Positions 43,925-55,410 of a stretch of 64,000 nucleotides of DNA are shown piece after piece. This stretch comes from an uncultured Planctomycetota bacterium (GTDB lineage Bacteria; Planctomycetota; Planctomycetia; Isosphaerales; Isosphaeraceae), in assembly GCA_963737655.1 (NCBI GenBank), contig CAVTTN010000002.1, positions 5,952,001 through 6,016,000 on the forward strand. The letters run 5' to 3'. The notes beneath the pieces were generated by a model. That model was given only the letters and a program-made list of their open reading frames with translations. It did no database searches and was not told where the DNA came from. The position numbers and the translations under genes are program-made. Every line of letters begins with the position of its first letter. The first letter of the stretch is position 1.

Positions 43925-45295
43925 ATGTTGCAGGGCGTGGAGAGGCTGGACGACCTGATCGGGCCGCGGGCGTCGGGGCTCACCGGCGCGACCCTGGACG
44001 AGGTCGCATCGGCCGTGCATCGGGCCGACGTCGATCGGCTCGCGGCGACCGGCGGGCACTTCGCCGCCGTGGCGCACGAGGGGCACACCGTCCGCCTGGC
44101 GAGGACGATGGGGGTGCCCCTGCGCTACTTCGTCGCCAAGCGCCATCACGGCCCCTATCTCGTCGTCTCGGACCGCATCGATCGCCTCTATGAGTATTGC
44201 TGCTCGCTCAAGATCGGCTGGCAGTTCGACCCTCTCTACACGCGGATGATCCCGGCGCACTACCTCGTGGAGGTCGATCAGGTCGGATGCCCCGACCCGA
44301 ATCCCCGGTATCGCCGCTTCTTCTCGCCCGAGGTGGCGCAAGGGCCTCGCGACCTCGACGCGCTCGGCGCCGCCTACGTGCGTGCTGCCTACGAGACGGC
44401 CCGCGACTGGATCGCGCGGGTGCCGGATGGTGAGCCGATCGCCGTGCTCTTCTCGGGAGGCGTGGACAGCGGCTCGGTCTTCCTGCTGGCCCGGAAGGCG
44501 CTCGCCGAACTCGGCCGCGACCCGAACCTGTTGCGGGCCTACTCGCTCGACCTCGGCGGCGGCGAAGACGCGGCCCAGGCCGAGCGCTGGGTGCGCGAGC
44601 TCGGCCTCGAATCGCAGTGGGAGCGGATCGCTCCGGAAGGCGCGAAGCCCGATTACGAGGAGGCGATCGCGACGATCGAGGACTATCACCCGCTCGACGT
44701 CGAATGCGCCGCGGCGTCGCTCCTGCTGCTGAGGGCGATCCGAGAGCGGCATCCCTCGGTGCGTCACCTGCTCGACGGCGACGGCGGAGACGAGAACCTC
44801 AAGTCGTACCCGCTGGAGGATTCGGACCTGACGATCTCCAGCATCCTCCGCAACCCGATGCTCTATCAGGAGGGCTGGGGCATCGACGCGGTCAAGCACA
44901 GCCTGACCTACTCGGGCGGGCTGTCACGCTCCTATATCCGAACATATGCCCCGGCGGAGCGGCTCGGCTTCTCCGCGTTCAGCCCTTATACGACGCGCGC
45001 CGCCATGGCCGGCGCCGTGGCGATCCCGTTCGAGGACCTGCTCGCGGGGGACGCCGGGCGGCTCGCGACGCTCAAGGCCGACGTCGTCCGCGCGGGCGTC
45101 GAGGCCGTCACGGGCGTCCGCATGCCGGTCTTCGCCAAGCGACGGTTCCAGGACGGCGCCGGCGGCGCCTATCGTCAGTGGCGCGTGAGCAAGGCGTGGT
45201 GCCGGCAGGTGTTCCTCCGCCAGTGGGAGGAGCGGCTGAAGGTCGCGTGGTCGCCGTTCGCCGAGCGCGTCTCGGGCAACGCGGTGCCGGTCTGA
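43925..45295 (+). CDS. Asparagine-synthetase-like ATP-dependent ligase with no N-terminal catalytic Cys
   Basis: PP-loop LFSGGVDS, DGDGGDE, KRRFQDG. Confidence 0.8.
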   Translation: MLQGVERLDDLIGPRASGLTGATLDEVASAVHRADVDRLAATGGHFAAVAHEGHTVRLARTMGVPLRYFVAKRHHGPYLVVSDRIDRLYEYCCSLKIGWQFDPLYTRMIPAHYLVEVDQVGCPDPNPRYRRFFSPEVAQGPRDLDALGAAYVRAAYETARDWIARVPDGEPIAVLFSGGVDSGSVFLLARKALAELGRDPNLLRAYSLDLGGGEDAAQAERWVRELGLESQWERIAPEGAKPDYEEAIATIEDYHPLDVECAAASLLLLRAIRERHPSVRHLLDGDGGDENLKSYPLEDSDLTISSILRNPMLYQEGWGIDAVKHSLTYSGGLSRSYIRTYAPAERLGFSAFSPYTTRAAMAGAVAIPFEDLLAGDAGRLATLKADVVRAGVEAVTGVRMPVFAKRRFQDGAGGAYRQWRVSKAWCRQVFLRQWEERLKVAWSPFAERVSGNAVPV

Positions 45296-45312
45296 ATCGG
45301 GGCCAACCCGCC

Positions 45313-46305
45313 ATGACGATCTATCCCGACGACCCCTCCGCCCGGGATCGCTGGATCCTGGAGCGGAGGCCGCCTCGCAACGCGCTCGACCCCCGGCGCC
45401 CCTACGTGGTCCTCGCGGAGGCCGAGCCCGGCCCGGACGGAAGTGCCGTCGACGTCGCGACGGTCTTCCTCACGAATCGCGAATGCCCCTGGCGCTGCCT
45501 GATGTGCGACCTGTGGAAGAACACCCTGGAGGACACGGTCCCCGAAGGGGCGATCGCCGAGCAGGTCCGATTCGCCATCGAGGGCCTGCCGCAGATCGAG
45601 CCGGCGCGTTCGCACCTGAAGCTCTACAACGCCGGCAGCTTCTTCGATCCCCGCGCGATCCCGCCGGCGGAATACGCCGAGGTCGCCCGGCTCGCCGCCC
45701 CGTTCGCCCGCACGATCGTCGAATGCCACCCCGCGCTCGTCGGGCGACGCTGCGTCGAGTTCCGCGACCGGCTCGCGAAGCCTCTGGAGGTCGCCTTGGG
45801 GCTCGAGACGACGCATCCCGAGGTGCTGCCGCGACTCAACAAGCGGATGACGCTCGACCGCTTCCGCGCCGCGGCCGAGTTCCTCAAGGACCACGACATC
45901 GACCTGCGCGTGTTCATCCTGGTCCGACCCCCGTGGCTATCCGAGGCGGAGGGGGTCGAATGGGCGGGGCGATCCCTGGATTTCGCCTTCGACTGCGGCG
46001 CGTCCGTCTGCTCGCTCATCCCGACGAGGGCGGGCAATGGCGCGATGGAGGCCCTCCGAGAGTCCGGCGACTTCGCCCCGCCGTCGCTCGCCTCGCTGGA
46101 GGCGGCCCTGGAATACGGCCTCTCCCTGCGGGCCGGTCGCGTCTTCGCCGACCTGTGGGACATCCAGTCCCTGGCCCTCTGCCCCTCATGCCGAGCCGCC
46201 CGCATCCGCCGGCTGGCCCGCATGAACGCGACGCAGAGCATCCCCGCCCCGATCGCTTGCCCCGATTGCCGGAGCGCCGACGGGTTGCATCGTCCGGATT
46301 CATGA
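45313..46305 (+). CDS. Radical SAM enzyme, archaeal RaSEA/Elp3-like
   Basis: CPWRCLMC, KLYNAGSFFDP, EVALGLET, RLNKRMT, C-terminal CPSC/CPDC. Confidence 0.82.
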   Translation: MTIYPDDPSARDRWILERRPPRNALDPRRPYVVLAEAEPGPDGSAVDVATVFLTNRECPWRCLMCDLWKNTLEDTVPEGAIAEQVRFAIEGLPQIEPARSHLKLYNAGSFFDPRAIPPAEYAEVARLAAPFARTIVECHPALVGRRCVEFRDRLAKPLEVALGLETTHPEVLPRLNKRMTLDRFRAAAEFLKDHDIDLRVFILVRPPWLSEAEGVEWAGRSLDFAFDCGASVCSLIPTRAGNGAMEALRESGDFAPPSLASLEAALEYGLSLRAGRVFADLWDIQSLALCPSCRAARIRRLARMNATQSIPAPIACPDCRSADGLHRPDS

Positions 46306-46599
46306 TCCCGGATTCCGTGAGCGGTTCCCAGCCGAGTCGAGAATCACACTTCTCTACCTGTGTCAGGTTGCCCTGACTCTCTCCATCTCGCAAAGGCATG
46401 GCAGATGAGGGCATGCTCGACCCGTATTCGAGTCGCAAGCCGGGGCGGGTTGGTCGGCCCGGAGGGTGGAAGGCCAGTGGTTCGAGAACGATACGGAGGG
46501 ATGAGACCATGTCCATCATCACCGTCTCATGATTCGGATTTGCTCGGGGCGGAGGTCCAGACGCCCGCCCCGAAGGGCCGCAGGGGGGGCACGCCGGGT

Positions 46600-47780
46600 C
46601 CCCGCGGTCCATTTTGCCCCCTACTTCCCTCCCGCCGGAGTATCGCGAATCCTCCGAGCATGTCCTGAGGAGCGAGAAGTTCTGGGGTCTCGAGGAGAAA
46701 CCCGGCTCGTTAACCATGATCGACCGGCCCATCGTGCCGACCCCCGTCGTCGGATCGGCGGTGCCCTCGAACGGGGATGTGGAAGGGTCGGCCGAGGGGG
46801 AGCGGAGCGGACTCCCGTGTCTCCAGCGAGCGAGAGGTTTCCGGACCGCCTCAGCAGCTTCGGGGCGTTCGGCAAGACGACCTGGGTCGCCCCCTCCGGC
46901 ATGTGTGAACCCGCCCCCTGGGGCACCGCAGGGTTCGCCGAGAGACTCCAGGGGGAGACCCCCAACGTCTTGGAATGGAGACGGCCGCTCCGATCCTGGC
47001 TCCTGGCCAGGGGGATCGACGTCCTTGGGGGATCGGAGCCCGTCGTCCCGCTCGACGACCTTGAGGCCCTGGCATCGATCGCCTCCTCGCCCTTGCTCCC
47101 GCACAGCGGCACGAACCCACGTCGGCGACGAACGCCCCCTGGACAGGGTCCGCGCCGCCCTGCATTCCGGGGCCGATCGCCCGGTCTCGCGCCTCAGGTC
47201 GAGGCTCGCCTCGGTGCGGGCCGATTTCAAGGAGGAGTACCCGGCCTTCACCAACGGCGGCAATCGCCTCAAGCTGACGCATTGCCGCGATGCGTGGCGG
47301 AAGTTCGTCCGCGAGGGGGACGCCTGCTTCCGGTCGCTCTTCCCGCCGGAGAAGAATGCCGCCGGCCAGCTCGACCCGGCCCGCGTCGCCCGCGAAATAG
47401 GTCGCCTCCGAGATCGTGCCGTGCTCGCCGCCAGGATCACCGAGCGGGTCCGCGAGGCGCTGCTGAAGGAGATCCGCGGGCGTCGGGGCGTGACCTGCGC
47501 CGTGATCGACGACCTGGACCTCTGCCGCCTGGTCAACCCCGGCGGGGACCCGCCCGACCCCCTGATCGGCTTCTTCGAGGTCGTCCTGGAACAGCAACGG
47601 TGGGACGCGTTGTCCCCGATCTCGACGCAGGACGGCCGCCCGGCGGTCAAGGAGACGTTCGTCGGACGCGCCCAGGAGGCCGACGACCTGAGCCGCCTGT
47701 GGTGGCCGACGGGTTCTCCGAAGCCGGAAGGGCATTCCTGCCGGAGTCCGCCGCCGAGGGCCCCGACCGGCCGTCGAGAT
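46600..47780 (+). pseudogene. Degraded gene fragment of unknown function; boundaries approximate
   Basis: Protein-like segments alternate between frames (ORFs 46529 and 46614), e.g. LEWRRPLRSWLL and LIGFFEVVLEQQRWDALSPISTQDGR. Confidence 0.35.
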
Positions 47781-47831
47781 GGACGAGGGATCGACCGACC
47801 GGGGACGGGGCCCGGCGACGGCCCGGGCGGC

Positions 47832-50800
47832 TCAGCGGGGCCGGGCGAAGACCTCGGCCGGCAGCTCGGGGAGCGGCCTGGTCCCGACTTCGAGCTCGCG
47901 ACGGAGGATCTGCCATTCGGCGGCCTCCCAGGGCCCCGGGGGCCGGGGGGCCGACTCGAAGCGGTCGCGCCATCGTCGGGCCGAGGGCGCGTCGCCCATG
48001 GCGCGGGCGGCGATCGCCAGGAAGGCCCAGTCCTGGGGCTGGGCGCCCTCCGGGTCGGCCTGGATGCCCTCCAGGAGCCGGTCCGTCGCCTCGCGGTATC
48101 GGCCGTCGCGGACGAGCAGGGCGCCGACGGTGTTGAGGATGCTGTGGCGGCGGCGGCCCTGGTCGCGGGGCGCGGCCCGCAGGGCCCCCTCGGCCAGGGC
48201 GAGCGGCTCGGCGTCATCGGCCCCCGCGCCCGGGGCCAGGGCGCAGGCGAAGGCGGCTTGGTTGGCGTGCATCGTCCCCTCGTGGCCGCGGGCCCCGGCG
48301 AGGATCCGGGCGCAGGCCTCGCGATAGCCCGGGAGGTCGCCGGCCATCAGGGAGGCGACGGCCCGGCGATAGGTGAAGATCGGGGGCGCCGCGGGCCCCG
48401 GCCCTCGACGATCGCCAGGAGCCGCGAGGCGCGGCCCCACCGCCCGGCCGCGACGAGCCGGTCGGCCTGGCGGCCCACCCCGGCGAGGTCCATCCCGAGG
48501 CCGGCGGCCCGCTCCAGGTCGTCGTCGCGGTCGTCGATCCGCCCGGCCTGGCCGCGGACCTCCGCCCTCTCGGCCAGGGCCCTCCAATCGCCCGGATGGC
48601 CGGCCAGGAGGCGGTCGAGATACCAGGTCGCCGACCCCGGACGGCCCGCCCCCGCGCCTCGGCCGCCCGGGTCCGTTCCCAGTCGCTGAGGGCCTCCGAA
48701 GGCGCGATCCGGGCGGCCCGGTCGAGGGCGGCCTCGGCCTCGTCCCGTCTCCCGTCGCGTTCCAGGGCCGTCGCCCGCCGCGCCTCGACGGCCCAGTCGC
48801 CGGGCCGCAGGGGGGCGAGGCGGTCGAGGTGCCAGAGGGCGGCGAAGGTGAGGCCCTCGGCCTCGGCGGAGTCCAGGGCCAGGGCATGGCGCCGGGCGGC
48901 CCGCTCGGGGGATTCCTCGGGGTCCGGGACGGGCGCGAGCCGGTCCCTCTCGGCCCAGGACGAGGCCGCCATCGGGACGACCGATCCGATCGACGGGTCC
49001 AGGGTCGCCCCGGTGGCCAGGGCCAGGGCGTCGGACGTCTCCTCGGGGCCCGGCTCGGGGCCGGGCTCGGGCAGGGGCCAGGACCGGACGATCAGGCCCT
49101 CGCCGGCCCCGAGGATCGACGCGCCGTCCCGGGAGAAGGCCAGCGCCTGGAGGGGGCCCTCGGCGACCAGGGGAGGGCCGACCGGCGCGAACGTGGCCGC
49201 GTCGTGGAGCCGCCCCCGGCCGTCGTCGCCGAGCAGGGCCAACCATCGGGCCGACGGGTCCGCGACCAGGGCGGCGAGTCCCCGGGCCTCGGGGATCACC
49301 AGCCGGAGCGGCTTGCCGGCCCGCACGTCCCACTCCCAGACCCCCCCGGGGCCCTTCGTCAGGAGCCGGTCTCCGGGCAGGAAGGCCACGGCCCCGGGGT
49401 TCTGGGCCGGGATGGCCAGGGGGACGCCCCGGGGCCGCAGCGGGTCCAGGTCCCAGAGCTGATAGCGCCCGAAGTCGGCGCCTTCGAGCGTCCCCATCGA
49501 CCGGACCAGCAAGGTCCGACCGTCCGGGCTGAATCGCGTCCAGGTCGCGAAGCCCTGGACGTCCGCCGAGTCCCGGAGCCGGCCCGACTTCGCCTCGTAG
49601 AGCCGGATCTGGGAGCGATGCGGGTCGCGAGGCTCGTCCTTCAGAGTGCCGACGGCCAGGGTCGAGTCGTCGGGCGAGAAGGAGACCGACATCCCCCGGG
49701 CCCGAGGGCCAGCGGGGCGCCGGCCATCCGGCCGTCGGAGGCGTCGAGCCGGAAGAGGGCGCCGCCGAAGCCGGTGGCCGCCAGGGCCTTGCCGTCGTGA
49801 GAGAAGCCCATCGACAGGATCCAGTTGGGACGGGGCACGCCCGGGCCTACCGCGCGGCCCCGGGCGTCGTGGAGCCGGAGCTCGGCCGAGACGCTCAGGT
49901 CGTCGCGGGAGGCCGTCGCCCAGGTCGGCCCGCTCGGCCCGGCCGCCAGCAGGACGCCGCCGCCGGGCCACCCCAGGGGGATCGGGGCGCCGATCGGCCG
50001 TCCGTCCGCGGAGACGGCCTGGGCGAAGCCCGCGGCCGGGTCGGTGACCAGGGCCCGGTCCGACCCCGGCGCGAAGACCGCCTGGCCCACTCGGCCCGGC
50101 CTCATCGGCGCCGGGATCGGCCGGTCCGGGAGCCTCCAGAGCCGGAACGACCCCTCGATCAGGACGCCCAAATCGCGGCCGTCGGGGCGGAAGGCCAGGT
50201 CGGTGACCGGGCCGGGCTCGGCCAGGAGCTCGGCCCGGGCCGCGCCGTCCCGGACGTCCCGGAAGATCACCCGGCCGTCGTTGGACCCCGTGGCCAGGGT
50301 GGCCCCGTCGGGGTGGAAGGCCAGGGCCGTGACGAACCCGCCCCCGGTCCGGACCGGGCCCCGGGCGGCCCCTCGGCGGCAGTCGTAGAGGCCGACGTCG
50401 CCCGAGTGGTGGACGATCGCCAGGGTCTCGCCGTCGGGGCCGAGGAGGTGGCTGGCGGGGCGGTTCACGAGCCCGGGCAGGCCGGTCAGGGACGCCTTGA
50501 GTCCGCCCGAGGCGTCCCAGAAGTCGAGGACCCAGTCGGTGGTCGGGTCGTCCGGCCGGAGCCGGCCGGGGGACATCGTGGCGACGCCTCCCCGGCCGTC
50601 GAAGACGGCGAAGGCGGCCCCGGCCGGCATCCCGGGGGCGGCGCCCCGAGGCTCCCCCGAGGCCACGTCCCAGAACCGGGCGCCCCCGGGGCCGATCGTC
50701 AGGGCGACCCGCCCGCCCGGCCCGACGGCCACCGCCTTCACGGCTCCGGCCCGGATCGGGGGCCCCAGGGGCCGGCCCGTCCCCCGGTCCCGGACCACGA

Positions 50801-52730
50801 CCGTCCCGTCGGGCTCGGCCCGGGCCAGGGCCTCCCCGTCGGGCGAGGCCGAGAGGTCCCAACGGTGGAGCGACCCGTCCCGACCGGCGACCGGGGCGCC
50901 GGTGGCCAGGTCGAAGGCCCTCGGGCCGTGTTCGGCGGAGTCGATGGTGATCGTCGAGGGGTCGGGGCCGAACTCGAGGTGCCGGGCGGTCCCCAGGTCG
51001 GGGAGGACCCGGAGGAGCCGGGGGGCGGAGGCGGCCCAGGCGGCCAGGTTCAGCCGGGCCAGGCGTCGCGAGTCCGGGGCCATCTCGGGGGTCTCCAGGC
51101 TCCGGGCCAGCCACAGACGGCCCGCCACCGTCTCCCCGCGGTCGAGGAACCCCAGGGCCCGGTCCAGCGTCAGGTCGGCGGCCGTCCGCCTGGCCTCGCG
51201 GCGGGCCTCGACGGCCTCGGCCGTCCGTCGGGTCGCCTCTCGCCACTTCCAGACCGTCAGGCCGAAGCCGACGAGGATCGCCAGGACCACCGAGGCGGCC
51301 AGGCCCGAGACCGTCGGCTCGCGGCGGACCCAGCGCGCGGCCCTCTCGGCCAGCCCCAACCTCCGGGCCCGGATCGGCTCGCCCGCGAGGTAGAGCCTGA
51401 GGTCCTCGGCCATCTCGCCGGCCGAGGCGTACCGGGCCGAGGGGGCCTTGGCCATCGCCTTCAGGGCGACGGTCTCCAGGTCCCGGGGGACCCGGCGGTC
51501 GATCGACCGGGGCCAGGGCGGCTCCTCGCGGAGGACTTTCTCGATCAGGCGGGCCCGGTTGGGCTCGTCGAACAGGGGGCGCGAGGTCAGCAGCTCGTAC
51601 AGGGTCACGCCCAGGGCGTAGACGTCGCCCCGGACGTCGGACCGGCCGTCGAACCGCTCCGGGGCCATGTAGCGGAGGGTGCCGACGATGTCGCCGGTGC
51701 GGGTCAGGGCCTCGCCGTCGCCGTCGAACGACTTGGCCAGGCCGAAGTCGGCCACCCAGGCGTCTCCCCGGTCGTCGATCAGGACGTTCGAGGGCTTCAC
51801 GTCGCGGTGGAGGATGCCCTGGCGGTGGGCGTAGTCCAGGGCCTGGGCGACCTGGAGGGCTACCCTCGCCGCCTCCCGGAACCGATCCCGGCCGGGATCG
51901 GTTCCGGGAGGCGGCGACGGCTCGGGCCCGGGCGGGGCGGGCGCCGGTCCCTCGGCCGGGAGGCCGGGCCCGGGGGGAGCGGCGAGCGTCGCGTCGGCGT
52001 CGAGCTCCAGGGTCGGAGGGCCGTCGGACGGCCCGGGCCCCGGTCCCGCCGAGACCGTCGCGCCGTCGGTCGGCCTCGGCCCCCAGCCACGGCGGGAGAC
52101 GGCGTCCAGCCCTTCGCCTTCGATGAATTGCATGGCGTAGAAGAGGTAGGGCGCGGCCTCCCCCACGCCGAAGACCGGGACGATGTTCGTGTGGTGCAGG
52201 CGGGCCGCGGCCCGGGCCTCGCGCCGGAACCGCTCGGCCTCCGGGGCGTGCGTCCCGGCCGGGGGGGCGATGACCTTCAGGGCGACCCGTCGGTCCAGGG
52301 CGATCTCCTGGGCCTCGTACACGACCCCCATCCCGCCCCGCCCCACCTCTCGGACGATCCGGAATCCCGGGATCGCCGGCCGGGAGCCCGCCGGGAGGGC
52401 CGGGGCCCGACCGTCCCCGGTGGTGGCGTCGGTCGAGTGCGGGGGCGACGAGGAGGTCCGGGGCGGCCCCATCCGCTTCAGGAGGTCGAGATAGGGCGCC
52501 GGCGGGGCCTGGTCGTCGCGACCGGTCGGGACTCCGGCGTCGGCCAGCCCCTCCAGGCCGGCGCGGCAGGCCCGGCAGCCCGCGACGTGGGCCTCGACGG
52601 CCTCGGCCTCGGCCCCCTCCAGCCGGTCGTCCAGGTATCGGGCCAGGTGGGCCGACGGGTAGCAGCCGGGCGCCGAGGGGTCGGACGGCTCCGGGGCCGG
52701 GCGGTCGGGCCCGCCGTGGGTCGGGGTCAT
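47832..52730 (-). CDS. Ser/Thr protein kinase with N-terminal zinc-finger anti-sigma-like motif, WD40 repeats and TPR tail; frameshifts near 49700, 48650 and 48390
   Basis: HVAGCRAC, GRGGMGVVY, VALK, HRDVKPSN, DFGLAK, GTLRYMAPE, ALAFHPDG repeats. Confidence 0.88.
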
Positions 52731-52800
52731 GGGTGCATTCCTTCCGACGGGCGGAGAGGTCTCGACTCCCCCCAGGAGCAGTCGCCGGGCCGTCGGGGCG

Positions 52801-53412
52801 TCATCCCGCGTCGGCCTCGGCCCCGCCGGGGCGTTCCAGGTCGCGGACCGCCTCCCGGAGCCTCTTCAGGACGTTGCTCTTGGCCTTGAAGACGGCGGCC
52901 ACGGACAGGCCCAGGCGCCCCGCCGCGTCGTCCGCCGCGACGCCGTCCCGGGCGGTCATCCGATAGGCGTCCCAGGTCGTCGCCGAGACCCGGGCGCGGA
53001 CCCGCCGCTCGGCCTCTTCGAGCAATTCCAGGTCGTATTCTTCCTCCAGGCGGCGGGCGAGGTCCTCGCGGGCCTCGACCCCGGCGAGCCCGTCGAAGAA
53101 CTCGCCCCGGCGCGCGGCCCGGTCGCGATCGGCCAGCCAGTCGCGCCAGGCGTTCTCCGTGAGCGTGCGGAGCCAGCCGCGGAAGCTCCGCCCCGGGTCG
53201 TACCGGAACCGTTCCATCTGCCGGGCGAGCTTCATCAGGACGGCCTGGGTGACGTCCTGGGCGTCGGCCTCCTGGAGCCTCCAGGCGCGGCACCAAGCGT
53301 AGATCTTCGGGGCGTAGCGGTCGACGAAATCGGCCCACGCCTCCTGATCCCTGGCCCCCTGGCAGACTCGCCCGAGGAGGCTCGCGTTGGTCCGGGAGGC
53401 GTCATCCAGCAT
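52801..53412 (-). CDS. ECF sigma factor paired with the kinase
   Basis: TNASLLGR, AWADFVDRY, DAQDVTQ, SFRGWL, VFKAKSNVLKRLRE. Confidence 0.9.
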   Translation of the reverse strand: MLDDASRTNASLLGRVCQGARDQEAWADFVDRYAPKIYAWCRAWRLQEADAQDVTQAVLMKLARQMERFRYDPGRSFRGWLRTLTENAWRDWLADRDRAARRGEFFDGLAGVEAREDLARRLEEEYDLELLEEAERRVRARVSATTWDAYRMTARDGVAADDAAGRLGLSVAAVFKAKSNVLKRLREAVRDLERPGGAEADAG

Positions 53413-53737
53413 GTCGACGAGGCTCCGATCGGGGCCGGATGGCTCAGGAGGTCCGGCCGAGGGAGGCGTTGGGGGTGCGTCGCGAGGAAGGAGCGGAGGG
53501 TCGGGATTTCTTCAAACTAGAATCGATCGGCCCTCGGTCGTCAAGTTTCCCGCCCGACGCCCGAGGGAATCGCCGCCCTCGAATTTTTTCCGGGGGCGAT
53601 TCAGGTCTCGGCCGGTCGGCCGGTATAGATCGGTGTACCCAACGACGCGGCCTCCGACGACGGGGGCCGACGGGCCGAGGGCCGGGCGGGGCAACCGGCC
53701 GGACAGACGATTCCCCCTTTCGCGAGGAGACCGAGCC

Positions 53738-54004
53738 ATGGCGATCCAGAATCTTCGGGGCGGCGATCCGGTCGAGGCGATGGTGGAGCTGACCGACGAC
53801 CAGCTCGCCGGAGTGGCCGGAGGGGCGACCCATCCGACGATGGTGACCACCTCGGCCACGGGGACCACCACGACCACCGGGGGCGCGATCGTGACTAGCA
53901 AGAGCAGCGACACCCTCACCGCGACCCCCACGACCGTCACGACTTCGGGCGCGCCGAAGACCTCGGAGTCGACGCTCACCGGCTCGCCGGGCTCGGTCGG
54001 CTGA
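53738..54004 (+). CDS. Double-glycine-leader precursor peptide: 29-aa leader plus 59-aa Thr/Ser-rich core
   Basis: GAGGAG RBS; leader ends ELTDDQLAGVAGG; directly upstream of HlyD and the C39 exporter. Confidence 0.85.
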   Translation: MAIQNLRGGDPVEAMVELTDDQLAGVAGGATHPTMVTTSATGTTTTTGGAIVTSKSSDTLTATPTTVTTSGAPKTSESTLTGSPGSVG

Positions 54005-54076
54005 CCGGCGCCGACCCGGGCGGGGCGATGAGTTCGCCTCGCGCCCGAGTCGATTCGATCGCGGAAGGAAATCGCC

Positions 54077-55387
54077 GTGCCCCCGAGTGGATCGCCGATC
54101 GCCCTGGTCGCGGAGAGGCCCCCCGAGGCGTTCGAGCAGCTCGACGCCCCGGTTCGGGTCGTCTCCCTGCGCCTGTGGATGTTCCTGGGGGCGTCTCTGC
54201 TGACGCTGGGGTCGGTCGCGGCGTTCGCCACGCTGTACCAGGTCCCGCTGACGGTCCCGGGCCGGGGCATCCTCCTGGCCGGTCCGGGCGGGGGCGGCGA
54301 GAGCCTGCTCCAGGTCACCGCGCCGTCGTCGGGCCGGCTGACGACCGTCCTCACGGCCGTCGGCGCGACGGTCCGCGCCGGGGACACGATCGCCGAGATC
54401 GACCAGAAGGAGATCCGCGACGAGCTGGTGGCCGCCGAGGCCGACCTCGCCCGGCTCCGCGAGGAGGACCGCGAGCTCAGCCGCTTCGACCGGGCGGAGG
54501 AAGAGTCGCGGGCCTCGGCGCTGGCCAAGGTCGAGGAGGCCCTCCGCCGGACCATCGACATCGACCGCAATCGCCTGGCCGACTACCGGAGGATCGCCGC
54601 CGGGGACCGCAGCCTGAACCAGAAACGGCTCCTGAGCGACGCCGAGGCGTTGAGGTCCCGCGCCGAGGCCGACGCCATCGAGAGCGCCATCGGCTCGGGC
54701 GAGGCGAAGATGCAGGAGCTGGTCTTCGACCGCCTGAAGGACCAGACGACCCGCCGCCGCGAGAAGGTCCAGCGCGAGCTGGCCATCCATCGGACCGAGA
54801 TCGAGATCGGGCTGCTCCGGGACCGGCTCGACCGCGAGACCCGCCTGCTCTCGCCCCACGACGGCAAGGTGATCGACCTGCGGATCACCCCGCATGCCCT
54901 GGTGGAGAAGGGCTCGGTGGCGGCCCTGCTCCAGCCCCGGGCCCCGGCGGGCGCCGCGATGGAGGCGATCGTCTTCGTCCCGGCCGGCCGCGGCAAGAAG
55001 ATCCGGGTCGGCGACCCGGTCGAGATCCTGCCCGACACGGCGCTCCGGCAGGAGCAGGGGTTCATCCGGGGGGAGGTCCGCTCGATCTCCGAGATCCCCG
55101 CCACCGACGGCGCGATGCTCGCCGAGCTGAAGCATCCGGCGCTGGTGGCGCACTTCTCCGGCAAGGCCCCCGGCGAGGTCCTCCTGGGCCTCCGCGTGGC
55201 CCTGCCCGAGGCGACCCCGGGCGCGCAGGACTCGGGCCGGAGGAACCGCCTGGTCTGGTCGTCCCGGTCGGGGGCCTCGCACCCGCTGACCGCCGGGACG
55301 CTCTGCGGGGCCGACGTCGTCGTCGAGCATCGCCCTTTGATCGCCCTGGCCATGCCCTGGGTCAAGCACCTCCTCTCGATCGATTAG
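54077..55387 (+). CDS. NHLM-type bacteriocin secretion membrane-fusion protein (HlyD family)
   Basis: PEAFEQLDAPVRVV, transmembrane segment, coiled coil, LSPHDGKV, GKKIRVGD, WSSRSG. Confidence 0.88.
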   Translation: MPPSGSPIALVAERPPEAFEQLDAPVRVVSLRLWMFLGASLLTLGSVAAFATLYQVPLTVPGRGILLAGPGGGGESLLQVTAPSSGRLTTVLTAVGATVRAGDTIAEIDQKEIRDELVAAEADLARLREEDRELSRFDRAEEESRASALAKVEEALRRTIDIDRNRLADYRRIAAGDRSLNQKRLLSDAEALRSRAEADAIESAIGSGEAKMQELVFDRLKDQTTRRREKVQRELAIHRTEIEIGLLRDRLDRETRLLSPHDGKVIDLRITPHALVEKGSVAALLQPRAPAGAAMEAIVFVPAGRGKKIRVGDPVEILPDTALRQEQGFIRGEVRSISEIPATDGAMLAELKHPALVAHFSGKAPGEVLLGLRVALPEATPGAQDSGRRNRLVWSSRSGASHPLTAGTLCGADVVVEHRPLIALAMPWVKHLLSID

Positions 55388-55410
55388 TTCGAGCCACTTC
55401 CTCCAGGACG

